DNA of 64,000 bases, taken from positions 81,160,001 through 81,224,000 of the forward strand of contig CM052816.1 of assembly GCA_028534125.1 (NCBI GenBank), given 5' to 3'. Under the pieces are notes generated by a model that had not been told where the DNA came from, did not search any database, and saw nothing but the letters and a program-made list of their open reading frames with translations. Within the stretch, counting starts at the first letter, position 1. Every line of letters begins with the position of its first letter. The translations under genes and the position numbers were made by a program. Below, one piece after another: positions 1 to 13,733 of the stretch. The stretch comes from Lama glama (Eukaryota).

Positions 1-309
1 TTAAAAGATACTCTATTTCTTTTTTAAAACATTTAGGGCTAACATATTCTACTAATGTGAGGAGAGTTCGCCTCTCTGAAGAAAGTTACCAAAACTATGA
101 AGAGTATTCTAGATGCAGATGGATTATGATTTTGAATCACCGAGGCCCAATATTTTGAAAGGTAGAATGACACTGAGCTTAATAAATATATTGGCTGCAG
201 TACAAGAGAGACTCCTGGCTACATGCCTTAGGGAGATGCATTATTTTAACCTCTCAGGGATCCTTAACAGCCTAAAAGAATTATAGAATCACAAAAGTTT
301 ACACCTCGA

Positions 310-460
310 AGGGAATTTAGAGCTCATAGAGTCCACCCAGCATGTTGTGAAAATGAGAAACTGAAGCTCATAACAGTTACCGGATTCGCTCAGTGTTGCT
401 CCAGTGGTAAGAACAGAGCTGCGACTGGAACTCAAGTCTCCCGACTCCAAATCCGTACCT
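310..460. mobile_element. MIR SINE remnant
   Basis: MIR-core-like 'aaatgagaaactgaagctca...ggactggaactcaagtctcccgactcc'-type sequence. Confidence 0.6.
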
Positions 461-1139
461 CCATCATCAGTGTTGACTTGTTTCTCAAGCAAGGCACCTC
501 GCTAAACACCAAACTCACACCTAAAGCTGGAGCACCAATGTGAGTTCTCTCACATGTGTAAGATTCCGAAGAAGTTCTCTGCATATCAGGAGGGAGGGGA
601 AAAAAATGAAGAAGTTTGCCCTAGCAAACAGATTTTCAGTGAACTGTCAGGAAAGCAGAATCAAAGAAGAAAAAAGAAGTGATATTGGGTACCAGATTGT
701 TAAACTTAGCTCCAAGGTTGTTTAAAAAAAAAAGTTAATTGACAAAAAGGCTTAATCTGTTTAAGCCCACTGCTCGTAAGTCGATTCATCATTATTTAAG
801 GACCTACTGCATTTTTTAAGAGCTGAGGTACAGAACTTTAAGGAGATAAAATCCTAATCAGAGGCTCTGTTCTCAAAGAACTAAGATGTCAAAAATCCTA
901 CGTCAAATATCACTGTCATCTGACGCAAGGAGCCCCCCTCACTCCCAGGGCATAAATGAATGTGTTAAAGAGGTTGGCAGGCAGCTCACGTTCTTCTTCT
1001 CCACCCACATTACTGCATTCGTACTGAACTATTTCAGTGTCCCTGTGTGTGATCCATTCATTTAACATTGTAGCATCTTGGTTCCCTGACTGACGTCTTT
1101 GTTGAATTTCATCGATTCACTCTCATGCGCACATCCTAG

Positions 1140-1308
1140 TCCAAAGCTTTGCAGACTTTAATGTGCATACAGTTCATCTGGGAATCTTGTTCAAATGCAG
1201 ATTCTGACTCAGTAGGCCAGAGGGATGGGGCAGTAAGACTCCTCATTTCTTCCATCTCCCAGGTGATGCTGATGCCACTGGTCCACAGCCCACCCTTTGA
1301 GTAGCAGG
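1140..1308. mobile_element. MER5-type hAT-Charlie MITE remnant
   Basis: Characteristic 'gggaatcttgttcaaatgcagattctgactcagtagg...ctcccaggtgatgctgatgcc...ccaccctttgagtagca'. Confidence 0.75.
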
Positions 1309-1479
1309 ACCTTGGATCTTACCATCCCCTGGAACTCCTACATTTTCAAAATCCTTGAGAAACTCTTTTTGACTACAATCTCTTCCTTTTTCCTTCCTCT
1401 GTGTGCAGAACAAGTTCTTTGAATTCAAGCTCCCATCCTCCTTAATACTCACACGATGCTTGGTCCAGCAGAGCACAGA

Positions 1480-1840
1480 ACAGAGCAGTTCTGAATGAAA
1501 GGGTGAGGCAGTAGACACAGTGTTATTCAGGCAGAGGTGCCGGGGGGAAATTGGAACTGGGGGACTGCCACTCAGAGAGAGCTTTGGAGTTGGAGATAGA
1601 AATGTAGGTGTTACCCACATAGAGATGAACATCCCACCCAGGAGAGTGGATGTGCTGCCCAGAAAGTGTTTAGAGAAAAAGGGGCCAAGGGATGAACTTG
1701 GGAAACACTAATATTTGTGAAGCAAGTGGAAAAGAGGAGTCATGAAAGGAGACCAGGAAGGGCTGCAATGTACACAGAGAACTTAGAGACGGTGGTGTCT
1801 TGGCAGCCAAGGGAAGAGCAAATTTCAAAAAAGAGAGAGA
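1480..1840 (-). mobile_element. L2 LINE remnant
   Basis: Purine-rich L2-like 'ggagttggagatagaaatgtagg...ggtggtgtcttggcagccaagggaagag...tttcaa'. Confidence 0.65.
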
Positions 1841-2483
1841 CCTTTCTAAACTCCTCCACTAAAAATCCCCCCATTCAAGCCTGGTTATTTTGCTCACTCT
1901 TCCCTAAATGTGTCTAATGCATTCCTCCTTCTAGGCTGGGATTCCCTATACCGGTCTCTCTGAGGAGGCTCTTCAGTACCCATCTCTTCTTACCCATCCT
2001 TCGAGAGCCACCCACACAGGTGCTGAATTGTCCTCCCAGGACACCATGCCTTGCCCGAAGGAGGGGCTCGGTGAGTGTGCAATGGTACAGGTTCAATCAA
2101 CAGCTGTCCACAGGCTTAACCACATGCATGGTGATGCACAGGGTCAAGTGATCAACAAAAATTCACGTGCATCAAGAGGGTGTATGAGCTGTATCTGAAA
2201 TCTCTTCTACCCGAGAAATTCTTGCACATATGGTTACCATAAATATAGGTCACTTCTGAGTACCAGAAAGAGAAATGGCCCCAAATTGAAATGAATGTAA
2301 TTTGTAGGTCAACAATGAGCAAATTAGGAGACTATTTACTAAAAAATTGTCTCTTTAAGATGGAATAAAATCACAGGTGTCCAACTTCAGTGATTTAGTA
2401 ATTATTCCACCTAAAGATAACTGGGTAAAGGAAATAAAAAATACAGGTCTCCAAATTTAGGCCAATTGTTAAATTGTTTATTT

Positions 2484-2514
2484 ACACACATACACACACA
2501 CACACACACACACA
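2484..2514. repeat. (CA)n microsatellite
   Basis: acacacatacacacacacacacacacacaca. Confidence 0.95.
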
Positions 2515-5500
2515 GATAAATTCTCTGCTCGCCTCCTTCCTACCACCAAATCACAGCCTGTTAGAGCACGATTTTTAGAACTTTACAGAATGAAGCAAGT
2601 TCATTCCGGGGTGGGGAGGTGGGGATCAGGTGATGAAGACTAATCCAAAGTAATTTCCTACAGCTTGAGCCACTTTCAAATGTCATAACCAGGAAGGGGG
2701 GTGAGTCTCCAGCAATATATTCTTCTAGGTCCTCTCTTTTAACAATTGGCTGGACCCCAGAAAGGATGTCATTTAAAACTACTACTGCTCGCTACTCACA
2801 GGGCCAGGGAGATGCTCGGCTCTCTGCTGCTGGGGCTGTTTTCTTTGGACACTATCACTCAAAGCGCTTAAGCTTCTAAAACCCCTTTGCAATCATTTTT
2901 CATAACTTCCAAGAGCAACTCGGTGTGGTTTTCTCCATTTCACAGATTAAAGTCTTTGGCACACAATGTGGCATGCCCGGGGGTCATCGATTGTAGTTTT
3001 CACGCCCATCAGTTGACATTTATTGAACCACTACCTTGGGCTCCTCCACCACATCCACCTACACGGACAGCAGCATCAATGGCCAGGCCTTATGGACCAG
3101 AAATCTGCCCCAAGAGGTTAAAAACCGGTGGCTGCTGTCAGCATCAAACCCCAGAGTCCTCTGTCCATGCAGTGGCCAACAAAGCTGGCAGGGGCCTGCC
3201 AGCCGCCCTTCTTCCAAGCTGGAAGGCTGAACACATGGGCATCCCTTTCTGGTTCCTGTCAAATTATGTGAATTTCAGTCATTTTGCCTCTGCTCTCTTA
3301 GGAAAATGCAAAGCTTCATGGAAGGGAGTTCACGTTCTCAAAGGACCACACTGCTCTAGCCACATGGTGGCCGGACTAAAGAAATGTTTCCTGAGCAGAG
3401 ATCTCTTGTAGAAAAACTAAATTCTGGCATTTGAAAGACTCACTCATCTCCGCTTGACAACAAAATATCACCTTTATTAGATTTATTTACTTTAAGCCTT
3501 CCTTTTCCAGGTTCCTCCTTGAAATGAAATATCTAATTTCAGTAAAGCTAATCTACTGAACCCCTGGTATCTTTGTGTAAAGGAGTTCTTCACCAAGTGG
3601 AGAAAGAGGATGCCAAGGTCCTGAGGCTCCCGGAGCACAGAGGCGTTGGAAGGGAGGGGAAAGGCAGAAAGAAGAAATCTGGGCTGTCCTCCTCTACAGT
3701 TTTGTCCCCTGCTCCTCACTTACATTAATGGGCATCATTGTTACAGCTGATGTATGTTCCTTCTGCAAGCTGAACTGGTAATGTGCCTGCCCACCGGCCA
3801 GATCTGAAATGACCTGACTCCTCTAGAAAGAATGATGGTGCCTCCATTGTAAGGAGTTGGGCCAAATGCGTGAAATGCCCTTCTGCTCCATTCAGTGGCA
3901 ACTCAGGAAGAAAAACAAAGTAAAACAGCTCGGCCTTTTGATTGTGAAATGTATTTCCACACCGCTTTGCTATTTCAGTCGTGCATATTTGAGTATATTG
4001 TCACCATTATTGCAAAATATCTTTCGAACTGAAATTATATCACTGAGCATAATGGAAAAAAAAAAACAAAACAAAAGACAGTGATTATCTTGTGAAAGGT
4101 CAAAATGAAGTCTGTCGCCTGGAAAAAATCATTTCTCATAGGTGCTGTGGCCCTTCCTGGAACATTTTCCGACTGCACCAGTTTGACAGCATTTTTGCAG
4201 TTAGTAAGTCCACACCTGCCAATATGTGGAGATAACAAGTAAATGGATACTTAGTTACAATCAAATGAAAATACTTAAACCAGGAGATTCCCAAGGCTTT
4301 TTGTTTGTTTGTTTGTTTTTTAATTTTCTAATATAGCACAACTAAAGCTATTTAAAAGTTACAGGAATAAAAAAATTTAAAGCACTTTTCCTTCATGGCA
4401 GAAAATGAAAGTGATGTATTTTTTTTAGATTTCAGTATATCTACATTTAAATGTGTTTTGAAAGCCAACTGATATTTCTTTAGCTAGGAAAAAAAAAAAA
4501 AGAATGGCTTTAATAAGCCATTCCTCTTGCAGTCTTTATTCCACTTGATTACATTTTCCTAATAAAACTAATCTTATTAATATGTTGGCATGTGAACTCA
4601 TTATTTTTTCTGTTGTTAAAGTCCAACTTGTGGTTTGCTTTTATTCTTTCAAATACAATTAGCAAAGCCCTCCAGTGCCTGAAAGGGCCTTTCCGTTTGG
4701 ACAAATTATTCCCTGGCTGACTTAAAGAAAGGGGTGAGGACACGGTGGGGGGATGGTGTTGAGTGGGGGCCGGGGGTGGGGGTGGGGGCGTGTCTCCTAT
4801 TCTGTTGCAGCCCTGGCAGACACAAAAGCCTGCCTGTACACACTCTCACCAGAAGTGGGGCCAACACTGCATGCTTCAGCTGCGTTTTTTCTCTTGCATT
4901 GGTTTTACTGAAGAGCTAACTGAAAATTTCCAGGAAGCATATACAGTTCTAATTAAATGATATTATATAAGACAAGAAGAGGTGAAGTGCCCGGCCAAGA
5001 TTTCATGGATGATCTGTTAACTTCTCAACTGATGTCACCTCCCACATTGCATCTGTGCAAAACCAGTGTCAAAACACAAGCTGGGTTAGACATCTTTGCT
5101 GTGGGGCCTTCCGCCCATTGAAGGAAATGAGAGTGTTGTTTTTCAGCATATTGGACTTTCCAAAATGTCATGCCTGGCCTATCTAAACAATGATTTATTA
5201 AACCCTGTCTCTGTTGGAATACTCTGGCTAGATAAGCTGCAGTTTCCCGGGGCCCCCATTTTGTTTCTGGGTGTCAGAGGGAGACCTGGGAGGGACGGGA
5301 TGCCCAGGACACACCCCGCCTCCCTAACAATACCGCTGTGCATCAGACGCTGCCAGAATATTTGTTTAACAGTTAAATTTTCAACTTTTAAATAAGGAGA
5401 AAAAACAAGCTACGGGTGGCCTGCTAACCTCAAATGAGCAAATATCCAAGGTTATAAAATCACCCCCTGCTCAGAATACCTAGTTAGAAATAAAAACAGA

Positions 5501-7047
5501 ATTTAACCAAATTCTACCCCAAGTCAAGAACAGAGGTCGCATTAAGAAGTATGAAACTGAATCTGAAAGCCAAAGTACCAAGGATGTAGCATTATTTCAT
5601 TAAAAAATGGACTCTGCACATTCTCTGTAACTAAAACAACTTTCTTCAACAGCCATCTCTGAGATTAACTGGAGAAATACTTTTTTAAAAATGCTTCTGA
5701 TCCACTCTTAGAAACTAGGCTCTAGTTTTGTTTGCAAAACCACACTTGCAGCTGGATCCTTGCAAATGCAAATTGGACACGAAGCATTGCAATTACTTAA
5801 TTTGTGTACACAAAGATGAGTTTTGCATATACAAACAGTTTCAGGCCAAAGAATGGAGACCAGCTTGGAGCCAAAGAAAAGTTGGCCCTTTGTATTTTAA
5901 AGTTGGAATAATGAAAATTTCCAAGGGATTTGTATGATATAATGTTACAAGCAGCAGAATACTTTATTGTAATAAAAGCCTTCTAAAACAGAGGTGGGTG
6001 GGTTGTGATGATTGTTACACTGTGATTTTTCAATATAGAGTAAATTCCGTACCCAGAGAGTGACAATGAATCACAACTTCTAAATTAAGACTAAAGTTAG
6101 AAAAACATTTTCAACATGTAATATTAGAAACCTGGGAATGGGAAAGCCCCTGAAGGTGACAGCCCCAAATCTCTGGTTTTATAAACAGAAGAAGCCCTAA
6201 GAAGTAAAAGGACCCAGTCAAGGGTTTTCTCAGCCCAAGTCCAGGGTCAGAAGCTCTGCCTTCTCTCCTGCAGCTCCTTTCCCAGAGGGCTTGCCTTCAG
6301 TTCTAGAATGATGTTATATCTGCAACACTGGAGATTACTAGGGAGTGGAGCCTATTCAGAGGAGACAGTCTCTGCTACCCAAGGTTGCATTGGAAGGTGA
6401 TTGAGCCCCACACTGGAAACCTCTGTACAACTTTATGTCTTCAAATGGTTTTCAACTTTTTTCTGAAGTATTTGGTTTTATAATAAGAGAACCAAATAAC
6501 CTGCCAGAACACAAACAGTTCCAATTATTTTTACGTAAATACCCCTTTTTAAAAATCTTAAAACTGAGTCAACTTAGCTTTTTAAAAATCTACTTTAAAA
6601 CCTAAACTTCTCCTTAAACTGGCAACAAGATTCCTAGACAATGTTTCTATATAGAATCCTTTTTCAAAGGAAACTGGTATAAGAGCTATATTAGAGGATA
6701 CCGTTTAGCTCTAGACAAGAAAGTAAAATAAAGTCTTTAGACACCAGTATGACAAGTCTGTAAAAGAACAACTCTTTTCTTAGTGAGTATGTATTATTGT
6801 TAATATATGTTGCTTCTGTACAATTGCTTTTGAAGAATCGCAGAAGGCAAGTGTATCTGTGAGGGTAAGAAAGTCAGCATTGAGCTAATAAATCAAGAAT
6901 TAAGTAGCCACTAGAAAGAAAACTATAACCAAATAGGTATTTCTAAAGGAACAAGGGCATTCTGGACCAAAAGAAATATGCTGACTCCTTCTCTCAAACA
7001 CACCCTCTCTTTCCCGCTTCCTTCTTTGCTTTGAATGTAACAAGATT

Positions 7048-7085
7048 ACCACCATCACCACCACCACCACCACCACCACCACCAC
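7048..7085. repeat. (CCA)n trinucleotide repeat
   Basis: accaccatcaccaccaccaccaccaccaccaccaccac; explains the poly-Val ORF on the minus strand. Confidence 0.95.
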
Positions 7086-8554
7086 TCTCAAAAATAAATA
7101 AAAATACACAGCACCACCATCTCTCTATACTTGCATGGTACTAAGATGCAACAATCCAGAGAGACTTCTGGTAAATCACAGCCCTTTAAACGCACATTCC
7201 CTGCAAAATCCCCACTAAAATGACAATGAAAATTTTAAGGTGTAAAATTACAGTTGAAAGAGTACAGGAAGAAAATGGGAGATGGGGAAATTCAACAAAA
7301 TTCTGGAAGTTGGAAAGGGGTGAGTGACTCAACAGACCAAAGTATGCAAAGGAGCATGACAGGGACTCCAACAAGAAGCAACGAAGTCCAGTTCCAGGGC
7401 TCTAGAATTGGAGGCACCAGTTACCTCTGGAGGTGAGGATGCAGGGGAGTTGAAAATAGTGGGATTCATTGAAAGGCTGTACAAGGAGCATTTAAACGTC
7501 AGCTCCCCCACCCTCAACCCTCACGTGGAGAAGAAACTGCCCCTTCCATCCAGGCAGAAGACAGAAGACTTATTGTCTTAATACACTGACGCAAAGAGGA
7601 TCCGAACGGGAGGGTACAGGGCACAGCTGGAGATTGGGTGAAGCATAATACTGAAAATTGAGGTGTAAGTGAAAAGTCTGCAGTCCTAAAGGTGAGATTC
7701 CTCTTCTCTGGGCTCCCAGAATGTAGGGCAGCCTTATGACTCTTAAGAAGAAATTTGGAGAATTATTTACTGAAACTGACCAGCCTAAGAAACAACTTCA
7801 CATAATCATATTTGAGATAACCTCTGAAAAAGTCAGCTTGACGTCTTATTACCCTACAATAAAGTCCACCACTAGACAGGTTCCCATACACACAGAGCTT
7901 CTGGAGAACTCTTTAATGGATCACCTTTAAATATAAACAGATAGATAAGGATTACCAACAGTTTAAGAAAAGCTTGTAATATGACAGAGAAAGAATTCAG
8001 AATTAACATTTTTAAATAGGAACTTGAAAGAAATAGACAACGCAGGAAGTAAAAAAAAAAAAAAAAAACTCAACCAATGTGAAATACCAGCAATTATAAG
8101 AAGCACCTTTGTTTTATGTGCACTTAGAAAGAAAAAATTAAGACAGCCCACCAATTATAAAATGAATCTCAACTTTTGATAAGTTAAAATGAGAAAGAAG
8201 TATATTCCAGAACTGATGAAAGGGTATCCTCAGGAAAAGAAGATACTGCAATTAGGAAACAAAATCAGGGTGTTATTTTTTAAAAAGAGAGGCACTCAGA
8301 GAACAAGAAGAGCCCTTGTAAATTTAAAATACCATAGCAAAAATTAAAAATTGAATAGACAGTTGAAAGATAAAGTTGTGAAAATCACTCAGCAAATAAA
8401 AGAAAATGGCACAGTTCAAAAATAGAGAAAATTAGAGAATCAACTGAGAAGAACTGACATCCAACTTTAAAATTTTCAGAAAGAGCAAAGTGTTCAGCAC
8501 AGATTTTAAAAGACTCACACCAAGACACGTCATCATGAAATTTCAAAACACCAG

Positions 8555-9035
8555 TGAGCCAACTGTCTGCCTCTTTGATCTCCAGTTCATTCCCCTCCCT
8601 ACATCTGCTTTGCTCTACTCCATATCATTAGAGAATGATTCTTCCAGGCTGCATTTCCCTGACAGCTGACTCTTGGTTCATTCAGCCAACAAGAAGCACT
8701 GGTTGAAGAGCAAGAAAGAGCGAAAAGCCAGGATATTGCTCCTTCTCGCTCTTTGCCTTAGATAGCATCTCTGGCAGAGGCTAGGCTTCTTCCATGCTTC
8801 TAGCTCCCATGAGCCACCCTAACCCTTGAATACTGATCAAACCATCTCTTCTCTGGTCCTTCTAGCTCTAGAGACAGTAATGGCTCTTTGCTGTTGCTAA
8901 TCTCTGGCTTGCCTTACTCTTCTCTTTAGCATTTCAGCTTTTCCTTCACCTTAAAGTTAGTTTCTCCCAGTAAATTTCTTCTGTTGAATTACCTGGTGTG
9001 GACTCCATTTCCCTTACTAGATCCTGACTGATACA
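8555..9035 (+). mobile_element. ERVL solo LTR (LTR33-like) inserted into the HAL1/L1 remnant
   Basis: TG...CA termini (tgagcc...cctgactgataca), near-perfect 5-bp TSD accag/accaa, LTR33-type internal motifs; splits the ORF1-like sequence cleanly. Confidence 0.7.
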
Positions 9036-9597
9036 ACCAACAACATAGAGAAAACACTAAAGCATCTAGAGACAAAGGAAAAGAAAACAGCATGAAAAAA
9101 ATAAATAATCCAAACGGTAACACCAAAAACTGCAACAACAAGAAAATAGTGACCCTGACATCAAAATTTTAAGGGAGAATAACCTTCAAACTAAAATTTT
9201 ATACCCAGCTAAATAATCAATTAATATAACAGTAAAAGAAAATGTTTTTTGATATGCAAAATCTCAAAAGATTTTCCACTCATACCTTCTTTGTCCTTCA
9301 AAACTAAGGTGAAAATCAACAAAGAATGAGATTTAATATCCAATAAAAAGAGGACCTGATCCAAGAGAGAACTGAAGGTTGATACTGAGGGAACCAATTA
9401 ATCTAAACTAGAGTAAGAAGATAAAGGGGAAAAAAAGAAACATAATTATTTAAAATGTTTGGCTATGGGAATGAGAATGAAATAGTGAGAGTTAAATGGA
9501 AGCAAATTTTAAAAAACAAGGAAATTACTAACTCCAGAAAAAAACAAAAAGCTACATAGGAAAGGAAACGTAATCCTAAAACACTACATGATTCTGT

Positions 9598-9652
9598 TGT
9601 GTATGTGTGTATGTATGTGTGTGTGTATGTATGTGTGTATATATATATATAT
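9598..9652. repeat. compound (TG)n/(TATG)n/(TA)n microsatellite
   Basis: Directly visible. Confidence 0.9.
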
Positions 9653-11729
9653 AAAATAGTAAAAACTATGTTTTTTTAGCTTTTCTTCAAATTTTATTTT
9701 GCACCTATACCTTTAACTAAAAACTATGTCAAAAAAATATTGGAAGAATGGGAGGAAAAAGAAGTATTGCTAGAGAAAAAGTGTGTAAAGGAGCTAATTT
9801 TTTTCCATCTTAGGGAATCAAGAAATAATATCAAAAACATCAATTTAAATAAGCCATTTTAGAAATATGGAGGGAAACAGCAGAAGCCAGTAAAAGTATT
9901 AAGGACTATGCCCTCTAAAGAATGAGAGTCCAGAGTGGAGAAGGGCAGAATGGGAGACCCGTGTTTACCTTAACTCTTATGGTACTATGAATTTATTTAT
10001 AATTCAGTGTGGGTCTTTTTTCATTGAATTCAATCTAGAAAATCATGTGTTATTTTGATTCAAACAACAACAACATCAGGAAAAAAGGGTGAGCTTGACC
10101 CAAGGGCAGAGCCAGCTGTTAAAGGGCCAGCCAGTGAATGGGTCTCAGAAGTGCCAAACACAATAGGAGAATGAGGCAAAGCCAACAGCGGGATTTACAG
10201 GACAGAGAAGTCAGAGCAGCTGCCAGAGGGGAAAAGATGTCTCCAACACTGGCTCAGTCTAAACTGAGAAGTAGCAGCTGTGACAAATTTAAGTCTACCT
10301 CTTAAAGACATAATGTGAAAACACCAGGAGTTGTGAAGACTGGACTGACTCCCTAGTCCAGAATGAAGGAATGAATAAATGAATCTCTCTTTCATCTCAG
10401 AAATAAGATTAATGGTTTTAGAATATAAGATGAAGAAATATCAGAGCATTTAGGTATTCATTTTCTTCCAAGGGAGTGGTTTTTCCAAGCTTGCACAATG
10501 TTATACCCTATCCATGTGAATAAATTACAAACAAAGTTTGTACATAAGTATAAAGGGTTAACGCACCCTAAGTCAAGAAACTTTGATCCACTTAAAGAGG
10601 TCATGGAAATTTGCATAAATTTGGAAAGCACCTCTGCTAAAGAACTAAGTGAGCCCACTCCACTGTGTTTGATTTCATTTCTCTAGAAACATGGATATTT
10701 TCACACCTGTGTCACATTTGGTCTGCTACAAGATAAACTGTCCAGACTTGTGTGAGTACTGTCAGTGCTTCAGAGTGTGTTATCCTGAAGAGAAAGATGT
10801 CTGACGTCTGTGCTGGCACAGGAATGCAGCGCCCGTGGGCTCCCAGAACTTGTGGCCATAGATATTTATAGACCTTCTTAGGTATTTTTAGGTGATGAAG
10901 ATCTCGCCCAAGATGGGACCACATGGGACCACATGGTCCAGGATAGAGCTCCCAGCCATGCTCCCTGGAGGATGCCATAAAAGGCATCTGATGATTTAGG
11001 AAATGATGGTTTACACTACAGAAGAAAGCAGGCAAAATCGATAGCTGCAGATGAAGAGGAGACAGAGTCCCAGCCAGGCTTCATCAAGGGTGAGAAAGAG
11101 TAAAGAGAAACTGATATCTTGAAAGCGTGTCTTTGGGCAGGCAGGGTGCAGGGAGAGGAAGGAAGAGCTTCTGCCTATGCTGCCTGCCAGGCTCACTTGT
11201 AGGGCCTGAGACACTTAATCTTCAGGTCATGGGTTTGCCCCCATCTGGGGCACATTGTTATTAAAAAGGTCAGACTGATGTAGTGGAAAAAGAGAGTCAC
11301 TGAACCAGGAGTCAGGGGATGCAACTAATCTCAGCTTGGCCACCGCACAGCGCATTCTAAAACCAAATACCAGGGCTCTAGACTTGGAACCACTTGTGTG
11401 GCAGAGGCCAAACACCTCCATTAAGACGCCCTTGAGTGAGAGCCACTGCACATGTGGGCAATCCAATAAATAGCTACCAGAGAAGCCTAGACAGGCACTT
11501 GGCAGACACTTGTCTGAGCCACACTGGGAGCCCCAGTGACGAGGGCCTCTCCAGTGGGCTTTACCTCTAACTTTATTTCTGATGACCCCTCAGATGGTCT
11601 TCAGAACTCCCACTGTAAAAAGCCATTACTGCCCCCCAATACCATCCCCCACTGAAACTGAACTCCTGGCTTTGTGTACCCGATAAGGTCTAGCCACAGG
11701 ACTCACTCACCACCCAACTCTGTTGCACT

Positions 11730-12450
11730 GACTGCAATATAGTGGTTACATTTGGAAAAGCCACTTCACCTCCCTGGGCCTCAGTTTTCACCACCGTACA
11801 GGAAGGGGGTTGAATTTGATGTCCTCTGGTTCAATAGCTACTAGATAACTAAAATAATTAAACATCATAATAAAAGCTTACTTTTATTGGCTGCTTCCTA
11901 TGTGCCAAGCATACAGTACGAGGGATGCAAGAGTGAGCAGAAACAGACATGGTTCCTGCTCTCACAGAATTCACAGTCTGGTAGAGGAGGCCAGAGTTAA
12001 CCTAAAAATCCCAGTGACTACAACCCGAGCGGCGTGCTAGGATGGAAAGGAACAGAGGGCATAAGATAGTTCAGAGTGTCAGGAAAAACCGTGCTGAGAA
12101 AACGGTATCTGAGTTACTATCTGAAGGATGAGCAGGAAGACCAGGGAGGACACTGACATGCGGGAGTATCACTGGTTACAGTGGTTACATTGGACTGGAA
12201 TGTAAGAAACAAAAGGAAGAGAAATCATAGCCCCCCAACCACTGAATATTTACTTAGTGCCTGGCATTGCATTAAATACTATTTAAATACACTTCTTGAG
12301 TTCTTTCAATGACTTTGTCAGTTAAAAACGATTACCCCCACTTTGTAGTCACAGTTTTATGGCACAGTTTTAAAAACATGCCCAAGAGAAAAACAGCAGG
12401 AGGCAGAGCCAGGTCTATGAAACCCCAAGCATGCACATTTAACCACTATG
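11730..12450. mobile_element. Cluster of MIR and L2 remnants
   Basis: 'ccacttcacctccctgggcctcagtttt' (MIR), 'tatgtgccaagc...acagacatggttcctgctctcacagaattcacagtct' (L2 3' end), further MIR-like sequence at ~12240-12450. Confidence 0.6.
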
Positions 12451-13125
12451 CTATACTGTACAATACATTGGGCCCTATTAAAACCTGATGTGTCAAAATA
12501 GAATAGGTTTTCCATCCTGGAGCTAACTTTAACAATCTAATGTCAGAATAGAATAGATTTCCACCAAATCTCCCTTTTCTACAACACTCACCGCAGCCAC
12601 CCATTTCAGCACACTGATAAACCTCTGCAGTGGCACTCAAAAAACACAACTAAACACACATAACTATGAAAGATGGAATAAGTTATTATAATGAGCTCCA
12701 ATTTCTGCTTTACATTATCATTTTTATTTGTTTATAAAACTAATTTTAATGATCCCACCATCAGAGAGAAGCAGTATTGTAGTCTATGACTACAAATAAT
12801 CTCTAAAGCAACAGTGTTTGGCTTGGAACATATTACGGATCTTCGTAGTAGGTGTACCTTCCAGGGAGGTTTTCCTTGATCTACCATTAAAATAAGATGT
12901 AATATTCTGAACACAGGATATCTGATGACCAAGGAGATTCATCTAGAAGTGCGCTGGAATGCCAACCTTTGCCCAATGAGTAGCATCATGTTGGACAACC
13001 TGCACTGAAATACTTGAACTTCAACAACCTCAGGAAGGAGATCAGACAAAATGACTCCATTTTTGAGTTTTTAAGCTGGAAAATTAATATGAACCTAGTA
13101 AAGTAAAATAACATACAGTGGCCTA

Positions 13126-13540
13126 CAGAAAGAGAAAGAAAAATACCATATGATATCACTCATATGTGGAATCTCAAAAAAGGAAAAAAGAAGACACTAA
13201 TGAACTCATCTACAAAACAGAAATAGACTCACAGATGTAGTAAATAATCTTATGGTTACCAGAGGAGAGGGGGTGAAAAGCGATGAATTTGGGAGTTTGA
13301 GATTTGCAAATGTTAGCCACCATATATAAAAATAGATTTACAAAAACAAGTTTCTTCTGTATAGCACAGGGAACTACATTCAGTATCTTGTAATAACCTT
13401 TAATGAAAAAGAATATGAAAACAAATATATGTATGTATATGCATGACTGGGACATAGTGATGTGTACCAGAAATTGACACAGAAATTTACATATTCGGTT
13501 TTCCTATCTCAGAATAAAATACAAACTCTAGAAAAAAAAT
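13126..13540 (+). mobile_element. 5'-truncated lineage-specific L1 3' end with a non-L1 terminal segment
   Basis: Highly similar to the L1 at 48503-49090; exact 13-bp TSD atacagtggccta (13113-13125 / 13541-13553). Confidence 0.9.
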
Positions 13541-13733
13541 ATACAGTGGCCTATGCAAAAGACTTTGATTTTTCAATACTGACACAGGCCACCTCTGGCA
13601 GCACTCCTGAAGGAATCACAATGCCCTTTGTGTTCTTTCATATCCCTGAAGCAAAGGATTTGGATGATGACAATACTACCATAGGTTTTCATAAACTTGG
13701 TCTCTACTACAAAAACCTGCTTCTTTCATGATT

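Larger units (their letters stand above)
7120..10075 (+). mobile_element. Ancient HAL1 / L1 ORF1-type remnant, interrupted by an LTR
   Basis: A-rich; degenerate ORF1-like segment 'agactcacaccaagacacgtcatcatgaaatttcaaaacacc...gagaaaacactaaagcatctagaga' (cf. PRHIIVKF...EKILKASRE) and 'aaaattttatacccagctaaataatca'; no ORF2 follows. Confidence 0.6.

Noticed and set aside
2887..3411. 174-aa intronic ORF antisense to NPR3
   Set aside because: Non-ATG start, no recognisable homology or splice context; compatible with chance.
6900..7109. Hydrophobic poly-Val ORF resembling a membrane peptide
   Set aside because: Artefact of the (CCA)n microsatellite.
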